Assembly (NCBI GenBank): GCA_016715825.1
Contig: JADJXO010000007.1
Location: 24,421-88,420 of the forward strand
DNA length: 64,000 nucleotides
Source: Nitrospira sp.
GTDB lineage: Bacteria; Nitrospirota; Nitrospiria; Nitrospirales; Nitrospiraceae
Reading direction: 5' to 3'
This document shows, in pieces, positions 12,516-23,199 of this stretch; the stretch's first letter is position 1, and every line of letters begins with the position of its first letter. The position numbers and the translations under genes are program-made. The notes below the pieces were generated by a model that searched no databases, was not told the origin of the DNA, and saw nothing but the letters and a program-made list of their open reading frames with translations.

Positions 12516-12776
12516 CTAGGCGGGCATGGGGACGATGAATCCACCCTTCTCTTTGACCTGTTTCTGCTGCTCCGATGAAAACATCACGAGTGGTTCGCTG
12601 TGACAAAACTGGCATTCCTTCGTCGTCACCACAGCATTGGGCTCACCGATGCTGACCAAGTACTCCTTGGCAAGCTTGAGCGCGGTCGCTTCATCCGTCG
12701 TCATCACATCGAAGTGAATGCGACCATTCTTTCCATGAACCCACGTATCGTAGACATGAATCGTATCTGAAGCCAT
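12516..12776 (-). CDS. DUF2024-like small protein
   Basis: HVYDTWV...IHFDVM...AKEYLVSIG...ECQFCHSE...GGFIVPM pattern; SD GGAG before ATG 12776. Confidence 0.78.
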   Translation of the reverse strand: MASDTIHVYDTWVHGKNGRIHFDVMTTDEATALKLAKEYLVSIGEPNAVVTTKECQFCHSEPLVMFSSEQQKQVKEKGGFIVPMPA

Positions 12777-12788
12777 GCACAACTCCTT

Positions 12789-13664
12789 TCAACGAACGAC
12801 CAACAAGACCAACACTCCGAGCATAATACGATAGTAGGCAAAGACCCGCAAGGTGTGCCGTTTGACATAGGTGAGGAAGGCAGCGATGACGGCCCAGGCG
12901 ACAAGGAATGACACGACCATGCCGAGCGCGAGCGCTAAAAAGTCTTGCTCGGTAAAGGTTCCGCGTGCCTTCCAGGTTTCGTAGAGTGTGGCCGCAATGA
13001 TGGTCGGGAGAGCGAGAAAAAAGGAATACTCTGTGGCGACCTTGCGATCGAGGCCTGCAAGTAGGCCACCGATGATGGTTGAACCGGATCGTGACATGCC
13101 GGGAATCAGTGAGGCGCATTGCGCGACGCCGATCCAGAACGCCTGCATCGGTGAAACTTGATCCAGGCTTGTCGCGTGACTCGTGCGTTTGGTGGCTTCG
13201 ACGATCAGGATGACGAAGCCTCCGAGAATCGAAGTCGTCGCCACGGTCTGGGGGGTGAACAGATGTGACTTGATCCATCCATGTGCAGCGAGCCCGAGGA
13301 GGGCAGCCGGGAGAAAGGCGATCCCTAACCCGATCAAGAACCATAAGTTGTGATGCTGTTGCATCGAAGCCTTGATTCGATCTGTCCAGGACGCATGCGA
13401 CCCGCTTGTGCTGATGGAACGAAATGTCTGTTGTTCCTGCCAGGCGCCGGAGAGAAGCCGACCGATCTTTTCCCGTTCGAACACGATGACGGCGAGAATC
13501 GCTCCCAACTGAATCGAGATTTCCGCGTTGGCCGCCACGTCTCCGGTGAACCCAAGGGCATGGCCGACAAGGATCAGATGCCCGGTGGATGAGACGGGAA
13601 GAAACTCGGTCATCCCCTCCACGACTCCAAGAATCACGGCGAGTGCTGGACCCCATTCGTTCAT
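12789..13664 (-). CDS. uppP: Undecaprenyl-diphosphate phosphatase
   Basis: GVVEGMTEFLPVSSTGH, IQLGAILAV, PGMSRSGSTI, EYSFFLALP; start at ATG 13664 after GGAG. Confidence 0.96.
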   Translation of the reverse strand: MNEWGPALAVILGVVEGMTEFLPVSSTGHLILVGHALGFTGDVAANAEISIQLGAILAVIVFEREKIGRLLSGAWQEQQTFRSISTSGSHASWTDRIKASMQQHHNLWFLIGLGIAFLPAALLGLAAHGWIKSHLFTPQTVATTSILGGFVILIVEATKRTSHATSLDQVSPMQAFWIGVAQCASLIPGMSRSGSTIIGGLLAGLDRKVATEYSFFLALPTIIAATLYETWKARGTFTEQDFLALALGMVVSFLVAWAVIAAFLTYVKRHTLRVFAYYRIMLGVLVLLVVR

Positions 13665-13960
13665 GCTGTACTCCACTTCCGATTGTGGACCATCAAGGTT
13701 TCGCCCTCCATGGTCATGTCTGATAGAATGTGTCGGATAATCACAGAGCGACGCCGATCCGTCAAGCGCATTGGTTCTTCTGATCCGGCTATTGCGGAAC
13801 AGCGCTGGTTGGTCTCGAACAAGAGCAATTATGTTGACAATACCGAGGGGTTGGCATACACACAAAGAACGCCATCACATGAACGGGGATATGGCGGGAT
13901 GCAAGTAGGGATTCGTATGAAGCACATTCAAGCCGCAGGATTTGATGGAGGGAGGATCGC

Positions 13961-14647
13961 ATGAAGCGCGAGTGGACGGCAATAGTATTGGTCGGTGCCG
14001 TGTTGACTACGGGTTGCGTCTCCAACAAGAAATATCAAGAAGCGCTGACCGAGGCGGACACCGCCAGGATGGAATTGGAAAAGGCTCGCCAACAGAAGGG
14101 TGCGATGGAACAGCAGGTCCGCACGCTCAAGGAGCTGAACGTCAAATTCAACAACGAGGCCGAGGCTGCTCGGGATGAATTGCAACGGTTTGAGCACGGA
14201 CGTGATGCAGAACGAGGCACGCTCGAGGCACGAACCAAAGAACTCGAAGATAAGGTGCGAGCGTTATCAGCCCAAAATCGGAATGTGCGGCAGGAATATC
14301 AGGACGTCAAGCGTCACAACGACACACTGAAATCGTTGGTAACTCGCTATCAAAAAGAGCTGAAAGATCGTTCTCAATCAGGGTCGGCGGCGCAGGCCGC
14401 CACAGTGACTCCCAAACAGGGTTCAGGGGGGACGGCCTCGGCCGCACCAGGGACGACTTCAGCGTCGTTGAATATCAATAAAGTTTCGGCCAACGATATG
14501 GTCCTCTTCTTGGGGCTCAAACAGGATGAGGCCGATCGGATCGTCAATAATCGTCCCTATCGTGTGAAAGGTGAACTGGTGGCGAAGAATGTCGTCCCAA
14601 AGGAAACCTTCGACCTGATTAAGGACCGCATTTCCGTGAGCCCATAG
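13961..14647 (+). CDS. Lipoprotein with coiled-coil stalk and C-terminal ComEA-like helix-hairpin-helix domain
   Basis: Lipobox LTTGC, about 110 aa of heptad-rich helix, low-complexity linker, then LNINKVSANDMVLFLGLKQDEADRIVNNRPY...KDRISV (HhH_3-like). Confidence 0.72.
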   Translation: MKREWTAIVLVGAVLTTGCVSNKKYQEALTEADTARMELEKARQQKGAMEQQVRTLKELNVKFNNEAEAARDELQRFEHGRDAERGTLEARTKELEDKVRALSAQNRNVRQEYQDVKRHNDTLKSLVTRYQKELKDRSQSGSAAQAATVTPKQGSGGTASAAPGTTSASLNINKVSANDMVLFLGLKQDEADRIVNNRPYRVKGELVAKNVVPKETFDLIKDRISVSP

Positions 14648-14676
14648 CGCTCTGATCGGTTTCAAACGGGACATCG

Positions 14677-14708
14677 AGGGCCGTTCTCCGACGAAGGAGA
14701 ACGGCCCT
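14677..14708. terminator. Strong hairpin between convergent genes
   Basis: 13-bp perfect stem AGGGCCGTTCTCC/GGAGAACGGCCCT followed by T-rich TGTATTTTT. Confidence 0.75.
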
Positions 14709-14756
14709 TGTATTTTTACCGAGCAGTGTCGGACTGTTCTGGACGATTGCCTATGG

Positions 14757-16121
14757 TCAGTGTAGCGGAATTCTGACCGTAAGTTCGGATGCTGAGGGAT
14801 CTCGAGTGACGACATAGGTCGCTTGTTCTTGACGGTTGGATGCCTCAGGAGAAGCGGAGGATTCTTGAAGGTGTCCCCGTGGCGATGGTGTCACCACGTC
14901 GGAGTCCATCGTGGAAGGGGTATCGAATGGCATGAGAGACAAACGGACCGTAATGGAACGATGGCCGGCAAGGATCGGGATTCTCCTCCGCTGATGGGCC
15001 AACAACCGCGATGAAATCGGGTCTCCTGCCGCGAAAGGGAACAGGAGGTGAGGTGGTTGAGAACCGGCCTCTCCCCATACCTGAAAGAAGCTATCCTGAT
15101 TTGCCTCGATCATAAGGTCCAACGAACCTGCCCGGAGAGAGGTTTCCCTCTTTCGGTCATCGTGCAGGTCCTTCATTCCGTTCATGACAAGACTGTAACG
15201 AATGCCTAAGGGCTTAGTGGTTTCTGTAAGTGTTTTTGTCAGATTCGCATCCCGTTCACCTTTATGGGTAGGTCGGTCGAACTGCTGTACCGAATGGCTA
15301 CCTTCCTGCTTTTCCTTTATCGCGCTCGAAACGACCTCCGCTGGTTCTCCATAGAACAAGGAGCGTGCACTCAGTGCTGAACCGACTTGAGGGGGTTGTG
15401 CGTCGGTAGTCAGCGCGTGAGGCGGTGCGATGCTAGAGGCGGAGGTCAATGGCACGCTCGCAAGGTCTTGACCTCCTGAGGTCGATGCGTGTTCTGCCGA
15501 ACGGGGGAATGATGGTGGGGTTGATGGAGGATGTTCTCTTGATGCATCCGCCCCCTTCTGCAGGGTTGCCCGCTCTTTTTTCGCTTTAGCCATTGTTGAA
15601 GTTGCTGGTTTGGACGTGTCTGCGGTGAGTGCTTGGTTGCCGGCCGGAGTGATTGATTTCGTTTTTTCCGGCGTCTCCTTCCGAGATTCTTTGATCCCAG
15701 GGGTGGCCGGTTTCTCTGCGGCGGGTGGAGAACCCGGTGGGGGTGGGGCCATTATCTCTTCACCGGCGACGGATCGTGCAGCCTCTTTGAGGCTTTCTTG
15801 GTAGATGTTGATGCCAAGGACAAGTGCGAAAAGGGTTGCAGCGAGGCCACCAGCCCAGGCGAGTCCAGCTGGTCTGCGGAACCAGCCGAACCATGACACG
15901 TTGCCTCCGTCAGTTGTCGAAGTTGTTTCACGTAACGATCGCAAAAGCTTCTCACGCACCACGGGATCCGTCAGCAGTTCCTTGAGCGCTTGTTCGTCAG
16001 CAAACAAGTTGAAGAGCTGCTGATCGTGTAGGGCGGTGCTGTAGAGCCGGTGTTTCTCCTCCGGCGTTAACGTATCGGCCGCAAATCCACCGAGCAGCTT
16101 TTCGAGATCGTCGTCAGGCAT
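14757..16121 (-). CDS. Putative membrane-anchored anti-sigma factor with Pro/Thr-rich linker and DUF4384-like C-terminal domain
   Basis: Directly after an ECF sigma gene; N-terminal helical domain (LEKLLGGFAADTLTPEE), one TM (WAGGLAATLFALVLGI), long disordered linker, C-terminal beta domain (LGIRYSLV...MIEANQDSFFQVW). Start could be 16154. Confidence 0.62.
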   Translation of the reverse strand: MPDDDLEKLLGGFAADTLTPEEKHRLYSTALHDQQLFNLFADEQALKELLTDPVVREKLLRSLRETTSTTDGGNVSWFGWFRRPAGLAWAGGLAATLFALVLGINIYQESLKEAARSVAGEEIMAPPPPGSPPAAEKPATPGIKESRKETPEKTKSITPAGNQALTADTSKPATSTMAKAKKERATLQKGADASREHPPSTPPSFPRSAEHASTSGGQDLASVPLTSASSIAPPHALTTDAQPPQVGSALSARSLFYGEPAEVVSSAIKEKQEGSHSVQQFDRPTHKGERDANLTKTLTETTKPLGIRYSLVMNGMKDLHDDRKRETSLRAGSLDLMIEANQDSFFQVWGEAGSQPPHLLFPFAAGDPISSRLLAHQRRRIPILAGHRSITVRLSLMPFDTPSTMDSDVVTPSPRGHLQESSASPEASNRQEQATYVVTRDPSASELTVRIPLH

Positions 16122-16180
16122 TGAAACCCGTGGTTCGTGACATATGAACCGCATCGTGTCCGGGACTCAGGACCATCTCG

Positions 16181-16681
16181 TCATTCCCAACTGCCACCCA
16201 TCAGAGTTAATAATTCCCTCCGACAGCGCAAGTCCCACGTATAAATTGTATTGATCGACGTCTGCCTCATCAATTGCTGAATCTCGGGAAAACTTTTCCC
16301 TTCTAACTTCCACGTGAATAGTTTGCGGCATCGTTCGCCAAGTCGGGTCATGGCCACGAGCAGCCGATCGACACGCTGCTTCTGGTCAAGTTGAGTTGCC
16401 GGGTCGTCCCGGGTGTCGGTGAGCGGCAGATCTTCCACCGATTCTTGATTGTACTCCCCTCGCCGCAACGCTTTCCGATGGGCATCCAGCATCTTGTAGC
16501 GGAGGACCTGAAATGCCAGGGGGACGAGTTCAACTAATTCCGTGACCTGGGAATACTTCTCGTGCAGGACCGTCAACACCTCTTGTGTCAGGTCTTCAGC
16601 GCGGTCTCTCGATACACGTGATGTCGCGAACGCCAGGATCCTTTCACGAAGGGTAGCCAATATCTGATCTCGGTTCATCAT
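16181..16681 (-). CDS. ECF-type RNA polymerase sigma-70 factor
   Basis: Region 2 (RAEDLTQEVL...AFQVLRYKMLDAHRK) and region 4 (LGERCRKLF...GKSFPEI...INTIYTWDLRCR). Confidence 0.9.
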   Translation of the reverse strand: MMNRDQILATLRERILAFATSRVSRDRAEDLTQEVLTVLHEKYSQVTELVELVPLAFQVLRYKMLDAHRKALRRGEYNQESVEDLPLTDTRDDPATQLDQKQRVDRLLVAMTRLGERCRKLFTWKLEGKSFPEIQQLMRQTSINTIYTWDLRCRRELLTLMGGSWE

Positions 16682-16684
16682 CGT

Positions 16685-17722
16685 CTAGGAATTCGCCGAG
16701 AGGGACAGGGATAGGAGTTCACTAAGTGAACGGAATTCAACCCGAAGTCCTGTGCAAACTTCCACCTGTCGGTCAAATCGATTCTTTGTGCGGACCATGC
16801 GCCATAGTGTGCCGGGACTGACTCGCCCCCACGCAGCCAGATGGAACACGGACAAAGGATAGTCCGTCCCAAACAGGAGACGCGAATGAAGTTCAGGGTA
16901 ATGCCTGAGATGCAGGAGCATCTTCATACGATGGGGTTGGGTGAGGGCGGAAATGTCGGCATAGAAGTGTGGATAACATCGGCTCAGCTCACGAAAAGTA
17001 GAAAGAAACTTTTCATAGAGCATGAGGCCATAACTACAGGCGTGCGCCGCGATGACGGTCACACCTTCGTCAAGGGCCAGACGCAGCCGCTCAGGATCTC
17101 CAAGCGATTGATCCTTTCCGATCAGACTGAATTCATACCCGACGTGACTCAAGAAAGGAAGTTTGCGCTGAGCCAGAGCGCGGTAAAAGGCGATATATTT
17201 CCGATCAGATGGATCGAAGTGCTGGGCATTTGGCAAGGCCTTGATCAGGACTGCGCCTGCATCGGCACAGCGATGCACCTCATCGATGGCGTCGTTACGT
17301 TGCGGATTGATGGAGGGGCCCGCCATGAAGACATCCGGATAGGCGCGCACGGCACCGAACACGTAGTCGTTACTAACCAAGAAGTCGGTATGTTGACGAT
17401 TCAGCGAGCCGGATTGATCATAGAATCCATCCATGCCAAGCAGGACGGCCTTCGAGACGTAGCGGGAGGCGCGGAGTTCGCTCACGAGGTGATCGAGATA
17501 GCGCTGATTAGCCGTGCGTGGTTCAGCCGGCGAGAGGTCGTGTTTCCAGATGAGAAAACGGAACAACGGGCTGCGGAGGAGTTTTGGCGAGATGAAGCAG
17601 CCGTTGTCGCCGTCCGGCAACGCGGCAAGATGGACATGGCAATCGATGAGGGACTTCCTAGCCGTATCTCGTGAAGCGCCGTTTGTGAAGCGTGGGTCGG
17701 AATCGATCATTGCTTGGTCCAT
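16685..17722 (-). CDS. Amidohydrolase 2 family metal-dependent hydrolase
   Basis: IDCHVH, FLSHVG, VIAAH, YADISAL, LLFGTDYP. Confidence 0.9.
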   Translation of the reverse strand: MDQAMIDSDPRFTNGASRDTARKSLIDCHVHLAALPDGDNGCFISPKLLRSPLFRFLIWKHDLSPAEPRTANQRYLDHLVSELRASRYVSKAVLLGMDGFYDQSGSLNRQHTDFLVSNDYVFGAVRAYPDVFMAGPSINPQRNDAIDEVHRCADAGAVLIKALPNAQHFDPSDRKYIAFYRALAQRKLPFLSHVGYEFSLIGKDQSLGDPERLRLALDEGVTVIAAHACSYGLMLYEKFLSTFRELSRCYPHFYADISALTQPHRMKMLLHLRHYPELHSRLLFGTDYPLSVFHLAAWGRVSPGTLWRMVRTKNRFDRQVEVCTGLRVEFRSLSELLSLSLSANS

Positions 17723-17761
17723 CCTTCTGGTACCTGGGACCTTCCCTTCACGAGATACCTT

Positions 17762-20700
17762 TCACGCTTCACCCGAGGGGAGCCGCTCCAGCGCGATTCG
17801 CTTCACACCGCGCAGATCCAGCTTGCCGGTTCCCAACACCGGCAAGGCCTCGACTTTCACAAACTGACTCCGCGAGGGGATAAAGAGGTTGGGAAGGCCG
17901 GTGGCCGATAGCTTCACCAGGATATCGGGAATCAGGCTATCATCTAGTGTATGAAGGACGACCAACCGCTCGCCTTTCTTCTCATCTGGAAGGCCGGTGA
18001 CAGCAAAGACTTGTGTTTCTGCTTCGGCCGCCTGCTGCAAGGCTTCTTCAACTTTCCCGTGCGGAACCATCTCGCCTCCGATCTTGGAAAAGCGAGAAAG
18101 TCGGTCGGTGATCATCAGGAAGCCATCGTCGTCCATGGAGGCGATGTCCCCGGTGATATACCACCCATCCCGTATGACCTGGGCGGTGAGGTCTTCGCGT
18201 CCCAGGTAGCCCTTCATGACGTTCGGGCCTTTCACCAACAACATCCCGGGGGTGCCGACAGGCAGCGGAGTGTACCTATCAGGATCGACGATCTGTACGG
18301 ATACGCCCGGGAGCGGCTGGCCGACGGTCCCTCGTCGCGACGCCGGTTGATAGTAGCCGGCGGCGCGAAAGTCCGGACAGTTGACGGCAATGACCGGAGC
18401 ACATTCCGTGACACCGTAGCCTTCGATTGGTCCGATCCCAAACTTGTCCTCGATAGACTGTGCAAGTCGAGCCGATAGTTTTTCTGCGCCGGTGAGGATC
18501 ACACGCACCGAACTGAATTGCTCCGGAGTGCAGCGGCGGGTATAGAGCTGCAAGAAGGTTGGAGTGATGACGATGAACGTGAGACGGTAGTGGCGAATGA
18601 GTTCCCCGATGGCCGCGACGTCAAGAGGCGAGGGATGAAAGACCATCGCCGCGTTATTGAACATCACGAACCAGAACACCATGTAGCCGAATGAATGAAA
18701 GAAGGGCAAGATGCCCAGGACGCGTTCATCTTGATAGAGATGGAGCATTTGCGTGGCGCCTTGGCAGTTGGAATCGATACTGAAATGGGAGAGCATGACG
18801 CCTTTCGGCTCGCCGGTGCTGCCGCTACTGAAGATGATCGTGGCCAGGCTATCTGGGGTGAGCGGGGTTGCCTGCCCGCAAGCACGCTCGATGAGGCGGC
18901 AGGGAGCGAACAAGGCCAGGAAGGTCGCATAGAGTTTCTGCCCCGTGCCGATCGTCTCGGCAATGTCCTCCAGCCATATCACCGACGGCCCATCCGGCAG
19001 TTCGAGCTTGGCTTTTTCGACGAAGGTACGGCTCGTGAGAACCGTGTGCAGGTCCGCCAGGCGCACCGCGGCTTCCAAGCCGGATTTCCCGACCGTATAG
19101 TTCAAGTTTACGATGGTCTTTCCGCAGAGGGCGACGGCCACATTGACTAGGGCTGTGGCGACTGTCGGCGGCAGCAAGACACCGATGTGCTGTTGGTCTT
19201 GCCAGTGTGGGCGTAGTGTGCGTGCGAGGACGATGGAGCCGATCAAGGCCTGTAAGGACGACACCCGGGGGCGATTCTGGTCGGCCATGGCCATGCGGAA
19301 TGGGTAGCGACGCATGGCCGAAATAAACTGGCGATGAAGAGACCGACGACCCGATTTCCTGAGCTGCCAGGCGACTTCGCCAAGCGCCTGAATCGTTCTG
19401 CGGACAGCGTCCGCCGTTGTATCCGGGGGCAGCGGTGCACCGAATGAGACGGTGATGGGGTAGGGAAAACGTTCAGGAAGCTTCCACAGAAACCGGCCGT
19501 GATTGAAGCTGAAGATGCTGCCCCAGACGCGATCAAGGTGAACCGGGATGATGGGCGTCGTTCGTCCCTTGACGATCCGTTCGAAACCACGGCGGAACGG
19601 CAGGAGCGTGCCGGTGCGGGTGATCTGACCTTCGGGGAAAATGCAGACCAGCTCGCCGTCATCCAACGCCTGTCCTGCCGAGCGCAGAGCGCGAAGAATC
19701 AGGCGAGGACTTCCCGATGAAGAAATCGCGATGACGTTGAGCCGCCTCATGAAGGGCTTGAGGAGTGGGTGATTGGCGTAGTGCTCATCGACCACGAACC
19801 TCACCGGACGATCCAAACTTGCGAACAGCAGGAACCCATCGATGAACGACACATGATTGGGGACCAGCAGTGCCCCGCCTTTTCGTGGGATATGATCCTG
19901 TCCGATCACAGTGAGGTGGTACAGAACACGGGGTAGCAGGGCGACGATGAATCGCAGCAGGCTGTTCGGCAGTAACCTCACGACAACCAGGGTTCCGATC
20001 ATTGACAAGACAGCACAGGCCAGCAAGATGTCGCTGGCTGACAAACCGAGCCGTGACAGGAGACCAGCGCCTAGAGAACCGGCAAGGATTCCCCCGAACA
20101 CGAAGGTATTGCCGAGAGCGATGACGGCGCCACGACGGTCAGCCGGAGCTCGCCACTGAATCAGCGCATTGATCGGGACATTAATAAACCCGCTGGCGAC
20201 ACCGAGTCCACCCATCAACACGAGCGTCCAGGTCAGGCTCGGTGGGATGAGGCCAAGGATGAAAAGACCTAGCGCCAACCCGATCGCTCCCGGTGGGATC
20301 AGACCGATTTCAATCTTGGAAGCGGAAAGTCGGCCGGCCAGGACCGACCCGATACCGATCCCGATGGCAAGGATGGCCATCGGAAGACCGGAAAGTGCGT
20401 CTGAAAGTGCTAACCGGCTCTTTGCATAGATCAGCATGTCCTGCCCGAATAGGCTCGCAATGGTCCAAAACACGACATTGATCCCAATCGCGATGCTGAG
20501 CAGACGGTCAGTACGCATGGTTGCCCAAGCCACGGCCAGGGTTTCGGCAACGCCGCCCTCGGTTCTGGCTGGAGGTACAGGCGGAATTGCATAAGCTGCT
20601 GCGGTTCCCATGGCGGCAACGATGGTCAAGATGAGACCGGCTTGCCAGGGAGCGGTTTCGCTGTATTGAAGGAGAACACCGCCGGATGAGGTTCCTGCGA

Positions 20701-21208
20701 TGATCGCTGCAAACGTCCAGAGTTTCAGCAGGCCATTTCCCATGGAAAGCCGCTCATAGGGAAGCAGCTCCGGCAGGATGCCGTACTTTGCTGGGCTGAG
20801 AATCGCGCTATGAACCCCCATGGCTCCGAGGACGACGAGGAGGGCCGTGCCGCCGGTGGGATGACTCCAGAGCACCACCGTTCCGGCTCCCATCAAGGCC
20901 ACTTCAACGATCTTCATCGCGATGATAACGGTGCGCTTGCTGAATCGATCCGCAAAGACTCCGGCGACCAGGGAGAACAGCATGAGCGGCAGCGTGAACA
21001 CGACGAAGGCGATAGTAGCCTGAGTCTGAGAAGCCGCTTCAAAAGCGGGGCCGGTTTGGCCGACAGCCGCAGCGACCTGGTGGATCAGGAGGAGCGCGAC
21101 CATCAACTTCCAAGCGTTGTCATTGAACGCGCTGCAAAACTGGGCGAAGAGGAGGGCACGAAGGGGATGGGAGCGAAACTGGGTTTCAGAACCGGCTGGA
21201 GTGCTCAT
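17762..21208 (-). CDS. aas: Aas-type fusion: MFS lysophospholipid transporter + acyltransferase + acyl-ACP synthetase
   Basis: N-terminal MFS (AQFCSAFNDNAWK), PlsC motifs NHVSFID and IFPEG, AMP-binding FSSGSTGEPKG, YGVTE, TGD, LGTGKLD. Confidence 0.93.
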   Translation of the reverse strand: MSTPAGSETQFRSHPLRALLFAQFCSAFNDNAWKLMVALLLIHQVAAAVGQTGPAFEAASQTQATIAFVVFTLPLMLFSLVAGVFADRFSKRTVIIAMKIVEVALMGAGTVVLWSHPTGGTALLVVLGAMGVHSAILSPAKYGILPELLPYERLSMGNGLLKLWTFAAIIAGTSSGGVLLQYSETAPWQAGLILTIVAAMGTAAAYAIPPVPPARTEGGVAETLAVAWATMRTDRLLSIAIGINVVFWTIASLFGQDMLIYAKSRLALSDALSGLPMAILAIGIGIGSVLAGRLSASKIEIGLIPPGAIGLALGLFILGLIPPSLTWTLVLMGGLGVASGFINVPINALIQWRAPADRRGAVIALGNTFVFGGILAGSLGAGLLSRLGLSASDILLACAVLSMIGTLVVVRLLPNSLLRFIVALLPRVLYHLTVIGQDHIPRKGGALLVPNHVSFIDGFLLFASLDRPVRFVVDEHYANHPLLKPFMRRLNVIAISSSGSPRLILRALRSAGQALDDGELVCIFPEGQITRTGTLLPFRRGFERIVKGRTTPIIPVHLDRVWGSIFSFNHGRFLWKLPERFPYPITVSFGAPLPPDTTADAVRRTIQALGEVAWQLRKSGRRSLHRQFISAMRRYPFRMAMADQNRPRVSSLQALIGSIVLARTLRPHWQDQQHIGVLLPPTVATALVNVAVALCGKTIVNLNYTVGKSGLEAAVRLADLHTVLTSRTFVEKAKLELPDGPSVIWLEDIAETIGTGQKLYATFLALFAPCRLIERACGQATPLTPDSLATIIFSSGSTGEPKGVMLSHFSIDSNCQGATQMLHLYQDERVLGILPFFHSFGYMVFWFVMFNNAAMVFHPSPLDVAAIGELIRHYRLTFIVITPTFLQLYTRRCTPEQFSSVRVILTGAEKLSARLAQSIEDKFGIGPIEGYGVTECAPVIAVNCPDFRAAGYYQPASRRGTVGQPLPGVSVQIVDPDRYTPLPVGTPGMLLVKGPNVMKGYLGREDLTAQVIRDGWYITGDIASMDDDGFLMITDRLSRFSKIGGEMVPHGKVEEALQQAAEAETQVFAVTGLPDEKKGERLVVLHTLDDSLIPDILVKLSATGLPNLFIPSRSQFVKVEALPVLGTGKLDLRGVKRIALERLPSGEA

Positions 21209-21217
21209 CCGTGCAGC

Positions 21218-23064
21218 CTATTGTGCCTGATTCGTAGCGTTGGAGGAAATAGGCAACCCTTCCAGCTCCATGATCCGTAGGGCATTCGTTGTGGGACAAG
21301 GGCCAGGTCGAAACTGGTAGTCGAACGTCAGCGCCCCTGCCGAGACAGTCTCCTGAAAGTGTGCGTTTGTGAGGCCGGGTACGGCGTGCTCCAGATCGGC
21401 TAATTCCAGGTCGTGCGTGCTCACAAGGCCATACCCGTTCCCTTTGGCGAGTTCCGTGATGTACGCCCGACTCCCGATGAGCCGCTCCCGATTGTTGGTG
21501 CCTTTGAAAATCTCATCGATCAGGAACAATGTGGGTGGCGCGGTCGACTCCTGAGTCGCATCCAGGATGGCTTTGAGTCGTTTGACTTCCGCGTAGAAAA
21601 ACGACAAACCGGCATCGAGCGAATCATCGACGCGGATACAACAGGCCAGCCGGCTCCATGTCCATTCGAACGAGTGCGCGCAGACAGGCCCCCCGGCTTG
21701 TGCGAGACAGAGGTTGATGCCGATCGTGCGGAGAAACGTGCTCTTGCCGGACATGTTTGAGCCGGTGATGAGGTGGATCGAGCCACGCCCGGCTAAACGA
21801 ACATCGTTAGCCACGCGGGTGTTGACGGACAGCAGCGGGTGTGCAAGGCAATCAGCCTGCACACGTGGAGGGGTGCCGTTCTGTTCGCCGGTCAGAGTGA
21901 GTGGAGTCGGCCATGTGTAGGTGGGGTGGAGATACGCAAAGGTGGCCAGTGCCGACGCCGCTTCGACTTCCGCCAAACAGTTCAGCCACTGCGGGAGGGC
22001 TTGTTTGATCTCGTGTTGCGTACGAATCAGCCGGCGCAGAAACCAGAGATCCCATGGGCACAGCGCGTTGATTGCCAGATGGACGAGTGGGTGCGCCTTG
22101 ATACTGATCGCGTGCAACGTGCGTGCGGCGCGTGCGAGCTGCAATGTGGGACTGGCGTCGCCGATCAGCGTGGCCCATGTTGAAGCGAGTGCCGTGTTTC
22201 GTTGTCTCGCGTACCGCTCAATATAACCAAGTAGCGTGGCTAGACGCTCAGTTTCGTGATGCAGGCCGACGGCGTGCTCCAGCAACTCTTCTCCTTGATC
22301 CGTCATGAAGTAGATCAGGACGTAGGCTGCGAACGAAAACATCCAATAGCCGGGGAGTAGGCCGAAGATCGTGGCGAGGGCCAGGCTGATGGTCGTCAGG
22401 GCGAGGAGGCTTTGGACCACAAGGATGGTATCGAGGTGCGGCAAGTTGATCGGATGCTCCGCGACGGCGGCCAACCGCGCGCCGTTGATTTCTTGGTCTC
22501 CTGTGAGTTTCGCATCGAGTGCAAGACGGTCACGAAATAAGGATCGGGGTGTCAGTTCTTTCACCAAAGATTGCCGTGCAAGCCAGTCTGCAGGGGGCGT
22601 TGGTTGCTCTAGGAGCCAGCTCTGTAACCGTGCTCGGCCATGGTCCGACACCGTGGTGTCGAGGAGATGGTGAGGGAATGCGCGCCGAAGAGATCCAAAT
22701 CGGCGGCGAACGGATGAGCTTTCGGGGCCTCACCGGGCCGTGGTGGAATCGCAGACCAATCCAATACCATCCGAGCCAGATGCGTCAGCTTGATCTGTCT
22801 CCAATGGCGAAGTCGGTGAATCCCAGATTCTACCCTGTTATGATACGCCGCCACGGTGATGAAGAGAGCCAGGAACAGCCCGAGACTGAGATTTCCGCTC
22901 TGGTACCAGTCGAGCTTGTAGAGCGTGATCGTCACGACGAGGCTGATGAGGAAAATGGCCAGCCGCCACCGTGTAAAGGATGCGCTGATACCGGTGCCGC
23001 GTTCGATGAGCCGATCCGTCCGACGAATGATCGTGGTGAGTTGCGCGCTTCGTGAGGTGGTCAT
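21218..23064 (-). pseudogene. MutS domain V-like ATPase with N-terminal TM helices, split by a 1-nt frameshift near 22671
   Basis: ORF 22609-23064 ends ...ADLDLFGAHSL; ORF 21218-22651 continues HLLDTTVSDHG...; ATPase motifs TGSNMSGKSTFLR, SFFYAEV, LIDEIFKGTN, STHDLEL. Sequence CAT TCC CTC AC CAT CTC CTC GAC lacks one base. Confidence 0.85.
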
Positions 23065-23199
23065 ATATACGCGACATTACTGGGAACAGATTCGCACGTC
23101 AAATGACAATCTGAGTATCTGTCGATCTGTTGAATGCAGAAACTTCAAATGGCCCACCTCAACAGATCATCAGATCAACACATTCCGTGACGGAGTCAC

